Part shown: piece by piece, positions 1 to 8,317 of the stretch
Layout of the letters: each line of letters opens with the position of its first letter
Position numbering within the stretch: the stretch's first letter is position 1
DNA from: Oligoflexales bacterium
Lineage (GTDB): Bacteria; Bdellovibrionota_B; Oligoflexia; Oligoflexales; RGVZ01
NCBI GenBank assembly: GCA_044236265.1
Contig: JBIIGV010000068.1
Location: 1-15,696 of the forward strand
Reading direction: 5' to 3'
Length of the DNA stretch: 15,696 nt
Position numbers and translations under genes: made by a program
The notes under the pieces: model-generated
Told to the model about the DNA's origin: nothing
The model's database searches: none
Seen by the model: the letters and a program-made list of their open reading frames with translations, nothing else

Positions 1-911
1 TTGCTGGTATCATTGCAGCAAAACCGCTGGCTTCATCTTATGTGGCAGGTGTTTGTCCGATGTGCAAAATCATGATTTTGCGCGTCACCGAGGTCGAAGG
101 TGGCGGGACATCCGGTGATCCCATGATTTTGGATGATAGCCAAATTAGAGCCTATAAATACCTCGCGCGATTCAGAAAAAGCGGAGGAAGTGCTGTTAGG
201 CTTGTGAACGCTTCGTTTGGTAAGTACTCGCGTTCACGAAGTCTGTCGATTTTGATTGATGTGTTGAAGCGTGTCGGTAGTGGGACACTTTTAATTGGTG
301 CTGCATCAAACGAAGATTCAATGATTCGTTCTTATCCCGCGGCTCTGGCGAATGCGATTGCTGTAGCTTCTGTGGGCGCTCGGCACAATGACCCCTCCGT
401 TCGTAAATCAAACTTTAGCAATTTTGGTCCTTGGGTCGATATTGCGGCACCTGGCTTCATTGATTCCACGGTTTCTGGTGGAGCCTCTCGTGTTATGCCG
501 GGAACGTCGATGGCCTCGCCGGTTGTCGCTGGATCTGCAGGATTATTGCTTGCTGCTTACCCCAAACTGAGCTTTTTGGAGTTAAGAGACCGGATCATAA
601 AAGGCGCCAGTGCCGCCAGACTTTACGGATCCGATGCTGACGGTGGAAGTATCAACTCCCAATACTACTACCCCAAAATTGCCGGCGAATTTGCTAGGCG
701 CCCCTTGCTCGGTGGGGGATTGGTTGACGCGGAGGCTATGGTTAAAGGTTCAGGAAACTTTGCGACCGGTCAGCCTGTTGAGCGGGTGACGGCTGGTTGC
801 GGAGTGATAGGTATTGGTACATCCGGCGGGCGCCAGGTGGGCTGGCTGCTGGCTTTTTTGATTTTGCCGTTACTGCTCTCCCTTTTTCGATTTGGTGGTC
901 GCCGTGGGTGA
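1..911 (+). CDS. S8 (subtilisin-family) serine peptidase, 5'-truncated by the window edge, with a C-terminal Cys/TM/Arg sorting signal
   Basis: The frame is open from position 3 (AGIIAAKPLASSYVAGVCP, the tail of the HGTxVAGIIAA His motif). It also has VNASFG, GAASNE (oxyanion Asn), SNFSNFGPWVDIAAPG and the catalytic Ser motif GTSMASPVVAG. It ends in AGCGVIG, a linker, a hydrophobic helix and RFGGRRG. Confidence 0.93.
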   Translation, partial: AGIIAAKPLASSYVAGVCPMCKIMILRVTEVEGGGTSGDPMILDDSQIRAYKYLARFRKSGGSAVRLVNASFGKYSRSRSLSILIDVLKRVGSGTLLIGAASNEDSMIRSYPAALANAIAVASVGARHNDPSVRKSNFSNFGPWVDIAAPGFIDSTVSGGASRVMPGTSMASPVVAGSAGLLLAAYPKLSFLELRDRIIKGASAARLYGSDADGGSINSQYYYPKIAGEFARRPLLGGGLVDAEAMVKGSGNFATGQPVERVTAGCGVIGIGTSGGRQVGWLLAFLILPLLLSLFRFGGRRG

Positions 912-1332
912 CTTGTCTCTGGTTTTTCACGTGTTTTCCCTTGTGGCATTTGCAGCCTTAACTTACAGGCTTTTGCAATTGCGGGCAGTCTTGAAGCTCT
1001 GGCGTGATTGGAATACAGGCGGATTAGAGCGCAAAGTTACTGTCGGTGAGCCTATACGCGTCCTTCGTCAGTTTTCAGACGCTGTGGGCGCTGATTTTGA
1101 AAGTTCGGCACCATTAAACGCCCTGGCCGTGAGTAAAGTGAAGCTTGATGGTTGTTTCAAACTCCATAAAGACGCTGGGATCAAGAAAATTTGTGTGACA
1201 AAGGCGGAAAAATGCCGCGTAGACTTTGTTTTGGTACGTGAACCAAGTATAATTCCCTCAGAACTGGATAAAATAAGTCTTGAATTGGGTGGGGCTATTG
1301 AAGTCGGCGCGATGGCTGCGCGTCACCCATAG
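904..1332 (+). CDS. Hypothetical protein with an N-terminal transmembrane helix
   Basis: The ORF fills the gap between two co-oriented genes and overlaps the protease stop. Hydrophobic N-terminus LSLVFHVFSLVAFAALTY. Start uncertain (TTG 892, GTG 895 or GTG 904). Confidence 0.65.
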   Translation: MGDLSLVFHVFSLVAFAALTYRLLQLRAVLKLWRDWNTGGLERKVTVGEPIRVLRQFSDAVGADFESSAPLNALAVSKVKLDGCFKLHKDAGIKKICVTKAEKCRVDFVLVREPSIIPSELDKISLELGGAIEVGAMAARHP

Positions 1333-1358
1333 GCTGCTCAAGGGGCGGAGGTGGTCTC

Positions 1359-2366
1359 ATGTTTCGTACCATAGTCATGGTTGCTATTGCATTGATAGGC
1401 TCGAGCTGCGCCACCACGTTTGACGCGGGTAAAAACGCATCGAAGCAGGCTCCACACATCAGCAAGGACATGCCGCTTGAGACGGCGCTGCAAGCGGGTA
1501 TTGATTATGGCGGCGACACGGCTCGAGATGTTCGCAAGCTGATTTCTAAACGGAAGCAATGGCCGCTAGCAGAAAAAATGCTGTACCAGGCTGTTCAAGA
1601 TGGAATTATCAAATACGAAAATAACCAACTTATCAATGCTGTGATGCTCTATATCGCCGGTCCTGTGACACCTCAAGAGGCCCTATTCAACCAGTTGGTG
1701 TCTTCGGGAAGGCCACTTGCTCGTCAGCTCGCATGGCAGATGGCCTCGGCATTGCCCGGAAAGGTGATGCGTAGCGCGATGGAACGGGAAATGAATCGGG
1801 CGGTGATGGACGGTGATGAAGATGATATTTTGATCCCGGCGATGGCCGCCGCTGCCCAGGCGAATCGAATGACTTCGGCATATTCTCTGGTGCGCCGAGG
1901 ATTAATGACTAAAAACTTCGAGGATTTTGCTCAGGCGATGGCTGCTCTGAATCCCGAGCAGGCCACGACCGACTTTCTTGAGTATTTATCAATGTGTCCT
2001 CCCGAAGAGTTGCGCCAGCTAACGGTATCATCCATTAATATCTTTGCAGCAAACGTGGCGCTAAATCACATGCTCAAATTCCCACCTAGTGTTTCGAATG
2101 CAAATATCGATGTTCTATTTAGCTACGCCATCTCAAGAAATCCGGGCCTCAGTGACCTGGCTTCTACGATCGTTGAGAACATCTCGCAGAAGAATCCAGG
2201 TGCAATGGCGCTTGCGTTGTCGCGGATGCCTGTTTGGAGTCAGGTTGCTTTTATCGAGGGTTCCCGTCGTAGCATGACACCTGGAAAAAGGCTGTTTTTG
2301 GGTGAATTAAAGCGCGTTTCGGCTGAGGCTGATGTCGTGGACGAGCTGGGCGATATCAAGCTGTGA
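1359..2366 (+). CDS. Putative lipoprotein, predicted all-alpha (HEAT/ARM-like), function unknown
   Basis: Strong SD (GGAGGTGG) before the ATG. Signal MFRTIVMVAIALIGSS-C has a lipobox-like Cys. The Ala/Leu/Met-rich amphipathic helical pattern includes LVSSGRPLARQLAWQMASAL. Confidence 0.8.
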   Translation: MFRTIVMVAIALIGSSCATTFDAGKNASKQAPHISKDMPLETALQAGIDYGGDTARDVRKLISKRKQWPLAEKMLYQAVQDGIIKYENNQLINAVMLYIAGPVTPQEALFNQLVSSGRPLARQLAWQMASALPGKVMRSAMEREMNRAVMDGDEDDILIPAMAAAAQANRMTSAYSLVRRGLMTKNFEDFAQAMAALNPEQATTDFLEYLSMCPPEELRQLTVSSINIFAANVALNHMLKFPPSVSNANIDVLFSYAISRNPGLSDLASTIVENISQKNPGAMALALSRMPVWSQVAFIEGSRRSMTPGKRLFLGELKRVSAEADVVDELGDIKL

Positions 2367-2425
2367 GCAATCGGAGTGTCGGTTTGATCCCGTTTAAATT
2401 ATGTGGCATTCGACTTCGTAGCGGG

Positions 2426-2445
2426 TCTCCCCTATTTAGGGGAGA
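2426..2445 (+). promoter_or_regulatory. Hairpin occluding the putative Shine-Dalgarno of the 2456 gene
   Basis: Perfect inverted repeat TCTCCCCTA-TT-TAGGGGAGA. The 3' arm contains GGGGAG about 11 nt upstream of ATG 2456. Confidence 0.5.
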
Positions 2446-2455
2446 TGGCGTAAAA

Positions 2456-3403
2456 ATGTCAGTATGGTTTCTCAGTGTCCTCATGTTTTGTCTAATGCAG
2501 TCTTCTGTCTTTGCTCAAGCTACGGCAATCAAGGAGTGGAAGGGTGAGTATTTTTCCAAGAAAGAAGGTGGCATTTTCGTGAAAACGCTTGCTACCGGTT
2601 TTCGTGGTGCAGCACTGGATAATGTTCAGGTCACGATTTATAGCATTATCCAGCAGAAGTATTACACATTCTCCAACTCTCAAGTTGCAGCTGAAGCTGC
2701 GCCGCGGGAAATTTGGAAGTTACCGTCTGGCAAATATTTGGTGAGTCGCATTGATTTCACTGACCCATCGGGAGTGAATCGGATGTGGTTGGCTAAGCAG
2801 GCGAAGCCCATGCCCATTCTGGTACCCCGGGTTATGCTGTCGAATCTTGGCCGATGGCAAATATCGCCCGAAGGGGTTAATGGGCTTACGGTAAAGTTTG
2901 AAATGATCCCCAACAGCTATCGAGAATCGGGTGCGGCCAAAGAGAGCAGTGTAGCGGCGGTCATTAATGGATTCACAGGCTCTGTCCAGCAGGTTATTGG
3001 GGGGCGTCAGGTCGTTGATGCTGCTGACAAGGGTTATTCAGACGACAATACGATCAGGGCCACGACCTCATTTACCCGTCAAATTGGGGTTTTTTACGGC
3101 GTTAATTTATTCAAGCACAATAAATATTCGAAGGATGTGCTTGGGGCTTTAAAATCCTTCGATGCTCAACTGAGGGCTTGCTACACCTCCGCATTGGAGC
3201 GCAACAGTCAACTTGCTGGTGATTTGGTTCTAAAAGTCCTCGCGTCAGCCAAAACGGGTACGATCAGGCAGGCGACAAAAAGCAAGGGATCCATAGCAGA
3301 TGGTGCTATGATTGACTGTATCCTTGGCGAGCTCCAGCAGATACCGATGCCGGTGCAGGAAAATATGATTGGGGAACTGACGTTCAATTTTCTGACGAAA
3401 TGA
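2456..3403 (+). CDS. Exported protein with an AgmX/PglI C-terminal (TonB-C-like) domain
   Basis: Signal-peptide-like MSVWFLSVLMFCLMQSSVFA-Q follows a GGGGAG SD (alternative start GTG 2363 overlaps the upstream stop). The C-terminus LRACYTSALERNSQLAGDLVLKV...GTIRQA...IDCILGELQQIPMP matches the CY..L...L.G....G.....C......P pattern of GltG/GltJ (PglI/AgmX) tails. Confidence 0.78.
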   Translation: MSVWFLSVLMFCLMQSSVFAQATAIKEWKGEYFSKKEGGIFVKTLATGFRGAALDNVQVTIYSIIQQKYYTFSNSQVAAEAAPREIWKLPSGKYLVSRIDFTDPSGVNRMWLAKQAKPMPILVPRVMLSNLGRWQISPEGVNGLTVKFEMIPNSYRESGAAKESSVAAVINGFTGSVQQVIGGRQVVDAADKGYSDDNTIRATTSFTRQIGVFYGVNLFKHNKYSKDVLGALKSFDAQLRACYTSALERNSQLAGDLVLKVLASAKTGTIRQATKSKGSIADGAMIDCILGELQQIPMPVQENMIGELTFNFLTK

Positions 3404-3430
3404 ACGACAACATTTAGGAGGATCTGAGAG

Positions 3431-3916
3431 ATGAGCGGAGCTCAAAATAAACCAGTGAACGCTGGAGGTAAGGCCTCCAGAAGCCTCAAAAACTACGCGC
3501 TGCAGCCGCTGCTACAGATAAAGCTTGGTCTATATAGTGTGATTCTGTCGACATTATTTGCCGTGTTGATCGTGGTCATCTTATATACGAACCTTGCAAA
3601 GTTTTCTGATATTATTCTTGAACTTACCGGGGTCAAAGAAGAGGTTCAGGATTTGCTTGATCAGTATCTTTCGCCTGCAATCTACCAAATTGTCGCAGCA
3701 GCTGTTTGTTATGTTCTGATCAATCTAGTTATGACGATCGTTTATACGCACAAACTAATTGGACCAACGATTGCATTTCGCCGTCATGTTCGTATGATTG
3801 CTGAAGGCAAGTACCAGTATCGAACAGTGCTGCGTAAGGGCGATGCATTCAATGAGCTCGCTGACGATCTTAATAAACTATCGTCCTTGATGGAGCAAAA
3901 AAACACGTCAAATTAG
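3431..3916 (+). CDS. Small membrane protein with two TM helices and a C-terminal HAMP domain, no output domain
   Basis: AGGAGG SD. Two hydrophobic segments followed by the HAMP-like THKLIGPTIAFRRHVRMIAEGKY...LRKGDAFNELADDLNKL, then a stop. Confidence 0.85.
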   Translation: MSGAQNKPVNAGGKASRSLKNYALQPLLQIKLGLYSVILSTLFAVLIVVILYTNLAKFSDIILELTGVKEEVQDLLDQYLSPAIYQIVAAAVCYVLINLVMTIVYTHKLIGPTIAFRRHVRMIAEGKYQYRTVLRKGDAFNELADDLNKLSSLMEQKNTSN

Positions 3917-3931
3917 CTTTCTTAGGTGTCT

Positions 3932-4921
3932 ATGAGTCAGGTTTCGCAACCAAATCAGGACTGGTTTGTCAGTGCCATTTTGAAGGATGGTACTGTTGCC
4001 CATTGTTTGGCTGAAGTCGTAAAAGAGCTAAAGAGAAAAGAGCAATTCATCGCGGTCCTTAGCTCACGGATATCCGAAAGAGCAGGAGCCACGATGGATG
4101 CCGTCAGTGAAATATCTGCCCGTATTGGCATCCTTGAAAATACTGTGAAATTCAGGCTGAGCATTCTGAACCCGGATCGACGTGGTGCATGGTTCAGGAC
4201 AAGTGCTACAACATCAACCGGACCATTTTCTGGAACAATAATGACTGATCCCGTTTTTCCAAACTTTGATGAATCAAGAGCTATGGAGATTCGAAAAGGT
4301 CTTGTTGAGTGTTGGCAAAAAAGGAATCTCATAGGATTTCCATTGAAGGCCACTGAGCCGTCTGTATGGAAAACTCTGCTAACCTTAAATTTTGAGGTTT
4401 GGAATTTGGGAGATCTTGGTGAGTGGCCAAGATTAGAAACCTTGCCGGAATCTTTACCCGCGGATCTTGATTCGAGGTCATTGCGGGCATTTCTTGCAAA
4501 TGTGAACACTGAGTACATTGCTGCGCGGGAGCGTTTAAATAAGGTTTTCGATATGTTACTGGCAGCCAGCGATAAATTTTTTGCAAAATGCTCGGTCTCT
4601 AGTGGTGTTCGATCTTCGGATAAGAGCTCAGGTCAGAGCCAAGACAAATATGACGGCTATGCAGCTGCAGAAAACGTACGTGAATCGTTTCGAAAACGTC
4701 GTGCCACTCCAACTATTCGTCGTCCAGTTGGAAAATCTGCGCAAGATTTGGAAGCCCTGAGGTTTATGGGTTTTGAGGATTTCCCCTCCGAGGAGGATTT
4801 AAAGCATCGTTACCATCGTCTTGCCATGGAGATGCATCCTGATCGGCAAGGTGGCAACGAGTCCAGATTTAAACTTTTGGCAAAGTCATATAAGCATCTA
4901 AGAAGGCTTTGTGCTCCCTAG
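3932..4921 (+). CDS. C-terminal J-domain (DnaJ class C) protein
   Basis: C-terminal ALRFMGFEDFPSEEDLKHRYHRLAMEMHPDRQGGNESRFKLLAKSYKHL has the canonical HPD motif. The N-terminal ~270 aa are unrecognised. Start ATG 3932 or GTG 3926. Confidence 0.87.
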   Translation: MSQVSQPNQDWFVSAILKDGTVAHCLAEVVKELKRKEQFIAVLSSRISERAGATMDAVSEISARIGILENTVKFRLSILNPDRRGAWFRTSATTSTGPFSGTIMTDPVFPNFDESRAMEIRKGLVECWQKRNLIGFPLKATEPSVWKTLLTLNFEVWNLGDLGEWPRLETLPESLPADLDSRSLRAFLANVNTEYIAARERLNKVFDMLLAASDKFFAKCSVSSGVRSSDKSSGQSQDKYDGYAAAENVRESFRKRRATPTIRRPVGKSAQDLEALRFMGFEDFPSEEDLKHRYHRLAMEMHPDRQGGNESRFKLLAKSYKHLRRLCAP

Positions 4922-5042
4922 TTGGAGCGACATGGTTATAACCAGCAAAGGAAGTTCTTTGCTGAATTTGCTGGAAGGAATTTCTTGAATCAAAAGTGCT
5001 TTCTGTAGCAAAATGTGTTTAGAGCGAGAAGGAGTGTGTTCT

Positions 5043-5357
5043 ATGCAGGACTGGAGCCCTGATCAGTTAAAGGGACACCTGGAATCTGGTGACCGAATAT
5101 TTTTAAAGCTTTGGAAAAAAGGTTGCGGAGCCTGTAAGCTTTCAATCCCTGCCATCGAGCGAATAGAGGCTGACAACAGCCATGATTTAATATTTGGGCA
5201 AATTTGCGCTGATGAATATCCCGAAATACTTGAAATTGCTGATACCGAAGTATTGCCGGTATTTTTTGTTTTCGCCCAGAAGGAAATGAAAGGGCGTTTT
5301 GAGGGTTTTAAGGGACTTGATCGATTAAAGAGTATGATTGAAGACTCTTTCAAATAG
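5043..5357 (+). CDS. Thioredoxin family protein
   Basis: CxxC motif (WKKGCGAC), cis-Pro loop (EVLPVFFVF), GRFEG, about 104 aa. The AAGGAG SD favours ATG 5043 over ATG 5013. Confidence 0.88.
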   Translation: MQDWSPDQLKGHLESGDRIFLKLWKKGCGACKLSIPAIERIEADNSHDLIFGQICADEYPEILEIADTEVLPVFFVFAQKEMKGRFEGFKGLDRLKSMIEDSFK

Positions 5358-5369
5358 GTGATGGTTGAT

Positions 5370-5990
5370 ATGATTCGTTGGTTCTTTGTTTTTACATTGG
5401 TTTTACTTCAGTCGTGCGCCGCTGAGGGCCCTAAAGAGCCCGTGTCAGCTGATCCGGCTTTTGCTGAGATTGACCCTGATAAAAAAGCCCTTCCGAAAGA
5501 CACGCAGGTCTCTGCTAATGGTCCCGCTGATTCCTCTCCATCCCCGAGTCAAGTAGACCCTGCTGTGGAGTCTGCGCCATTGGCTGAAGTTCCGCCGTCA
5601 CCTCGTGTTGATGAGGTTGTTGGTGCAACCCAGGGACGATCGATCAGCGCGCCATCGACCTCTGATGTTTCCTCAGCCCCAGTCTCTGCGACAGGGTCTG
5701 GAACAGCGATCAGATACATCAAAGCGTTTGAGATTAATATTCGTTCGCAACCCAATCGTCACTCAAAAATTGTGGGACGTTTACGAGGTGGGGACGAAGT
5801 CAGGGTCTCGATCCATGGTGGGTGGTCCAAGCTTGATGACGGGCGTTGGATACGCAGTCGTTGGCTTGTGAAAAATCCTCCTAAAAGTTTTTCTCATGTG
5901 TCACCGGACGAGGAAGGTCGTCCGCAGAAAAATAAAAAAGTTAGGCAAAATAAAAGATCAAAGCGTTCAAAGAAGGATTCCAAGAGCTAA
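5370..5990 (+). CDS. Lipoprotein with a Pro/Ser-rich linker, bacterial SH3 domain and basic tail
   Basis: Lipobox LLQS-C, low-complexity P/S/A linker, SH3b-like INIRSQPNRHSKIVGRLRGGDEVRV...GGWSKL...WIRSRWL, and a K/R-rich C-terminus. The AGGTGA SD favours ATG 5370. Confidence 0.85.
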   Translation: MIRWFFVFTLVLLQSCAAEGPKEPVSADPAFAEIDPDKKALPKDTQVSANGPADSSPSPSQVDPAVESAPLAEVPPSPRVDEVVGATQGRSISAPSTSDVSSAPVSATGSGTAIRYIKAFEINIRSQPNRHSKIVGRLRGGDEVRVSIHGGWSKLDDGRWIRSRWLVKNPPKSFSHVSPDEEGRPQKNKKVRQNKRSKRSKKDSKS

Positions 5991-5996
5991 TTGATC

Positions 5997-7025
5997 ATGA
6001 GTGGGCAAGATCAACAAAAACAGCTTGCGCGTGCTTTAGTTCGTATGAGTGAAATAAGTCCCTCACAAGGTTTGTTTCATGCGGGCTTGCACGCTGTACT
6101 TTTTTGGGGGCTTGTTTTTGCTTTTGGCACTCTGTTGCAACGAGAAACAATTCTCGCGGTCATTGTCATTCTGCCGATGTCGCTGGTTTACACGGCAATT
6201 ATTGTGACAACTCATGACTGTATCCACAGAACCTATACGGGACTCAAGACATTCGATGACTATTGGCCTCTGCTGTGGTCTTGGATGGTTTTTTGGCCGC
6301 ATAGAACCTACAGTGAAATTCACAAAATTCATCATGCATTGCTTGGGCGGGATTTCGACGATCCTGAGCGCGCGACTTTTCTTAAATCCGAGTTTGAAAA
6401 GTCCAGCACGCTCAAGCGGTGGTACATTCGGCACCAGTGGTTGATCAATATTTTTGTTTTTGCCGGGGTGGGCTTTATCGCAAAGCACTGGCTGACGGCT
6501 CGCAGGCTTCGTTCCAGATTTCCACAACTAGAAAAGGCTATGAATCGCGATATAGTTGGTCAACTATCTCTGGTTTTGATTACATGGCCGATCTATCTCT
6601 ATTTCGACGTATTTGTTGAGTACCTGTTGACATTCTTGGCTCTTGAGCGCATTGGCGGGGGGTTGTTGCAAATGCGCGCCCTGGCAGAGCATTACGGTTT
6701 GTGGGAGGGGCGCAATGCAGATGTTGTGACTCGCCAAGCGATGTCTTGTCGTAATATCAAAGCAGGATGGCTTGGACGTTGGCTCTTCAACGATTTATGC
6801 TTTCACTCCATTCATCATGTGTACCCAAGTATTCCCTGGTATAAGCTGGGTGAGGCTCATTTGACGATTGTCCCTCTATGGCGTCAAATAAATACCAAAC
6901 AATTGGAGCCCCGCGAATCATACGGCAAGGTGTTAACCGATGGGGTTCGCTCTTGGCGGCTAATAGATGATTCGGTTGCTAATCATGGAGACGCTCCTTT
7001 GACGGATACCGCTAGTGCTCCATGA
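5997..7025 (+). CDS. Membrane-bound fatty acid desaturase family (di-iron) protein
   Basis: Three His boxes (HDCIH, HKIHH, HSIHH) plus AEH and YPSIPWYKL, with several TM segments. Substrate cannot be determined from sequence. Confidence 0.92.
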   Translation: MSGQDQQKQLARALVRMSEISPSQGLFHAGLHAVLFWGLVFAFGTLLQRETILAVIVILPMSLVYTAIIVTTHDCIHRTYTGLKTFDDYWPLLWSWMVFWPHRTYSEIHKIHHALLGRDFDDPERATFLKSEFEKSSTLKRWYIRHQWLINIFVFAGVGFIAKHWLTARRLRSRFPQLEKAMNRDIVGQLSLVLITWPIYLYFDVFVEYLLTFLALERIGGGLLQMRALAEHYGLWEGRNADVVTRQAMSCRNIKAGWLGRWLFNDLCFHSIHHVYPSIPWYKLGEAHLTIVPLWRQINTKQLEPRESYGKVLTDGVRSWRLIDDSVANHGDAPLTDTASAP

Positions 7026-7041
7026 ATTACAATGACACATC

Positions 7042-7079
7042 ACAAAAAAATCCGGCCAAAAAAGGCCGGATTTTTTTGT
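7042..7079. terminator. Bidirectional rho-independent terminator
   Basis: Perfect 16-bp inverted repeat ACAAAAAAATCCGGCC-AAAAAA-GGCCGGATTTTTTTGT with a T7 tail on both strands, between the convergent desaturase and icd genes. Confidence 0.95.
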
Positions 7080-7093
7080 CAATAAGCTCGGAT

Positions 7094-8317
7094 TCACATC
7101 TTCTTATTCAGGTTATCGGCAACCTTTGACAGGAAGTCATTCGTGTACATGAAGCTGCCAGCTGGAGGAGTATTGCCGTGGATACAAACGGCCAAGTCCT
7201 TCGTCATAAATCCAGCTTCAACCGTTTCGACGCAAACCTGCTCTAGTTTCTTTGCGAAAGCTGTGACTTCAGGCGTGCCATCCAATTTTCCACGATGAGC
7301 AAGACCTTGAGTCCAGGCAAAAATCGATGCGATTGGATTTGTCGATGTCGGCTTACCTTTTTGATGATCGCGGTAGTGCCGTGTTACTGTGCCATGAGCG
7401 GCTTCTGTCTCAATAGTTCTTCCATTCGGGCACATAAGTACAGATGTCATCAAGCCGAGAGACCCGAATCCTTGAGCAACAGTATCCGATTGAACGTCTC
7501 CGTCGTAATTTTTGCAGGCCCAGACGATTCCGCCCTCCCACTTTAGAACTGCGGCGACCATGTCATCGATCAGGCGATGTTCGTACGTCAGACCTGACGC
7601 CTCGTACTTGGCTTTAAATTCCTTCTCAAAAACTTGCTGGAAGATGTCTTTAAATCGGCCGTCATACACCTTTAGAATCGTGTTTTTCGTTGAGAGGTAA
7701 ACCGGGAACTTGCGATCCAGGCCATAAGCAAAACAGCTGCGGGCAAATCCTTCAATGCTATCGTCCGTGTTGTACATTCCCATGGCGATACCTGCGCCCT
7801 GGAAGTCCATCACATCCCAGGATTGGGCCGGCCCACCTGCGCTTGGTTCGAAGACCATCTTTAGTTTTCCTGCGCCTGGAATTTTAACATCGGTCGCCTT
7901 GTATTGGTCGGCGTGCGCGTGGCGCCCGACAACGATGGGCTTTTTCCAGTTCGGTACGATTCTCGGAACGTTTGAGCAGATGATGGGTTCACGGAAGACG
8001 GTTCCACCCAAAATGTTGCGGATGGTGCCGTTGGGACTTTTCCACATTTTTTTGAGGTTGAATTCCTTAACTCGAGCTTCGTCAGGCGTGATTGTGGCGC
8101 ATTTGATCCCGACATCATATTTTTTAATGGCTTCCGCAGCTTCAATCGTGACCTTGTCGTCGGTTTTATCGCGGTATTCCATGCCCAAGTCAAAATATTT
8201 GATATCAAGATCGAGAAACGGGTGGATCAATTTGTTTTTGATCTCAGCCCAGATAATTCGAGTCATCTCGTCGCCATCCATCTCAACAACGGGATTTTTA
8301 ACCTTGATCTTTGCCAT
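7094..8317 (-). CDS. icd: NADP-dependent isocitrate dehydrogenase (homodimeric subfamily II, eukaryote-like type)
   Basis: [57 protein letters not shown] and [12 protein letters not shown] motifs. GAGGAG SD. Confidence 0.98.
   Translation of the reverse strand: MAKIKVKNPVVEMDGDEMTRIIWAEIKNKLIHPFLDLDIKYFDLGMEYRDKTDDKVTIEAAEAIKKYDVGIKCATITPDEARVKEFNLKKMWKSPNGTIRNILGGTVFREPIICSNVPRIVPNWKKPIVVGRHAHADQYKATDVKIPGAGKLKMVFEPSAGGPAQSWDVMDFQGAGIAMGMYNTDDSIEGFARSCFAYGLDRKFPVYLSTKNTILKVYDGRFKDIFQQVFEKEFKAKYEASGLTYEHRLIDDMVAAVLKWEGGIVWACKNYDGDVQSDTVAQGFGSLGLMTSVLMCPNGRTIETEAAHGTVTRHYRDHQKGKPTSTNPIASIFAWTQGLAHRGKLDGTPEVTAFAKKLEQVCVETVEAGFMTKDLAVCIHGNTPPAGSFMYTNDFLSKVADNLNKKM

Noticed and set aside
3955..4518. 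187-aa minus-strand ORF inside the J-domain gene
   Set aside because: Fully antisense to a better-supported gene in a co-oriented cluster. No motifs.
6063..6527. 154-aa minus-strand ORF inside the desaturase gene
   Set aside because: Antisense shadow of a gene with clear His boxes.
7094..8317. Eukaryote-like IDH as evidence of horizontal transfer from eukaryotes
   Set aside because: Subfamily II IDH is widespread in bacteria, and no mobility genes or obvious compositional break flank it.
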